A stretch of 62,394 bases of DNA, counting the filler. It is 5 parts of 5 records of this genome, joined end to end, with 100 filler letters (N's around TTAATTAATTAA, not from the genome) between each part and the next. Parts side by side here need not be neighbours in the genome. Positions count along the whole stretch, not along the records: positions 54,202 to 62,394 come from SRR20825019_3062; 4 more parts are not named here. One strand, written 5' to 3'. Shown here piece after piece: positions 62,379 to 62,394 of this stretch. Numbering within the stretch: the stretch's first letter is position 1; every line of letters begins with the position of its first letter. A model generated the notes under the pieces. That model did no database searches, had not been told where the DNA came from, and saw only the letters and a program-made list of their open reading frames with translations. The translations under genes were made by a program, and so were the position numbers.

Positions 62379-62394
62379 CGCGTCGGGCCGGAAA

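Noticed and set aside
1..62394. CRISPR arrays, tRNA/rRNA genes, transposases, integrases, phage or defence genes
   Set aside because: None seen: no regularly spaced repeats or diagnostic motifs. The AddA/AddB nuclease motifs are housekeeping, not Cas4.

Overview
The window is not one locus. It is five contigs joined by 100-nt artificial linkers (N-run/TTAATTAATTAA/N-run). (1) 1-20060: a compact eukaryotic contig, probably from a flagellated protist. It has 7 complete genes plus the likely 3' end of an 8th, GT-AG introns of 47-59 nt, strictly alternating gene orientation, and ~85-90% GC head-to-head intergenic islands that share a 16-18 bp core motif. Genes: cNMP-binding protein, TSNAXIP1-like protein, secreted tocopherol-cyclase/AttH-like protein, giant coiled-coil protein, RIIa/Dpy-30 + zeta-carbonic-anhydrase-like fusion, MCPH1-like BRCT protein with an HMG box, and a methyltransferase. 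(2) 20161-30042: Rhizobiaceae-like phoR-pstSCAB-phoU with Pho boxes and an Illumina adapter remnant. (3) 30143-47685: high-GC Rhodospirillales-like tgt-queG, aromatic amino acid decarboxylase, divL-tsaE-amgK-murU-addB-addA-trxA. (4) 47786-54101: another Rhodospirillales-like contig (rnhB, acyl-ACP thioesterase, arfB, liuR, PAS kinase). (5) 54202-62394: Rhizobiaceae-like cobT end, a TetR/VOC pair and a glucuronide-utilisation locus (uxuA, GntR, GH2, split TRAP). The most novel-looking signals are in the eukaryotic contig: its promoter architecture and shared motif, two unusual domain fusions, and a candidate structured RNA. The bacterial parts are mostly known housekeeping genes. Taxonomic labels and family calls come from motif recognition, not database searches.
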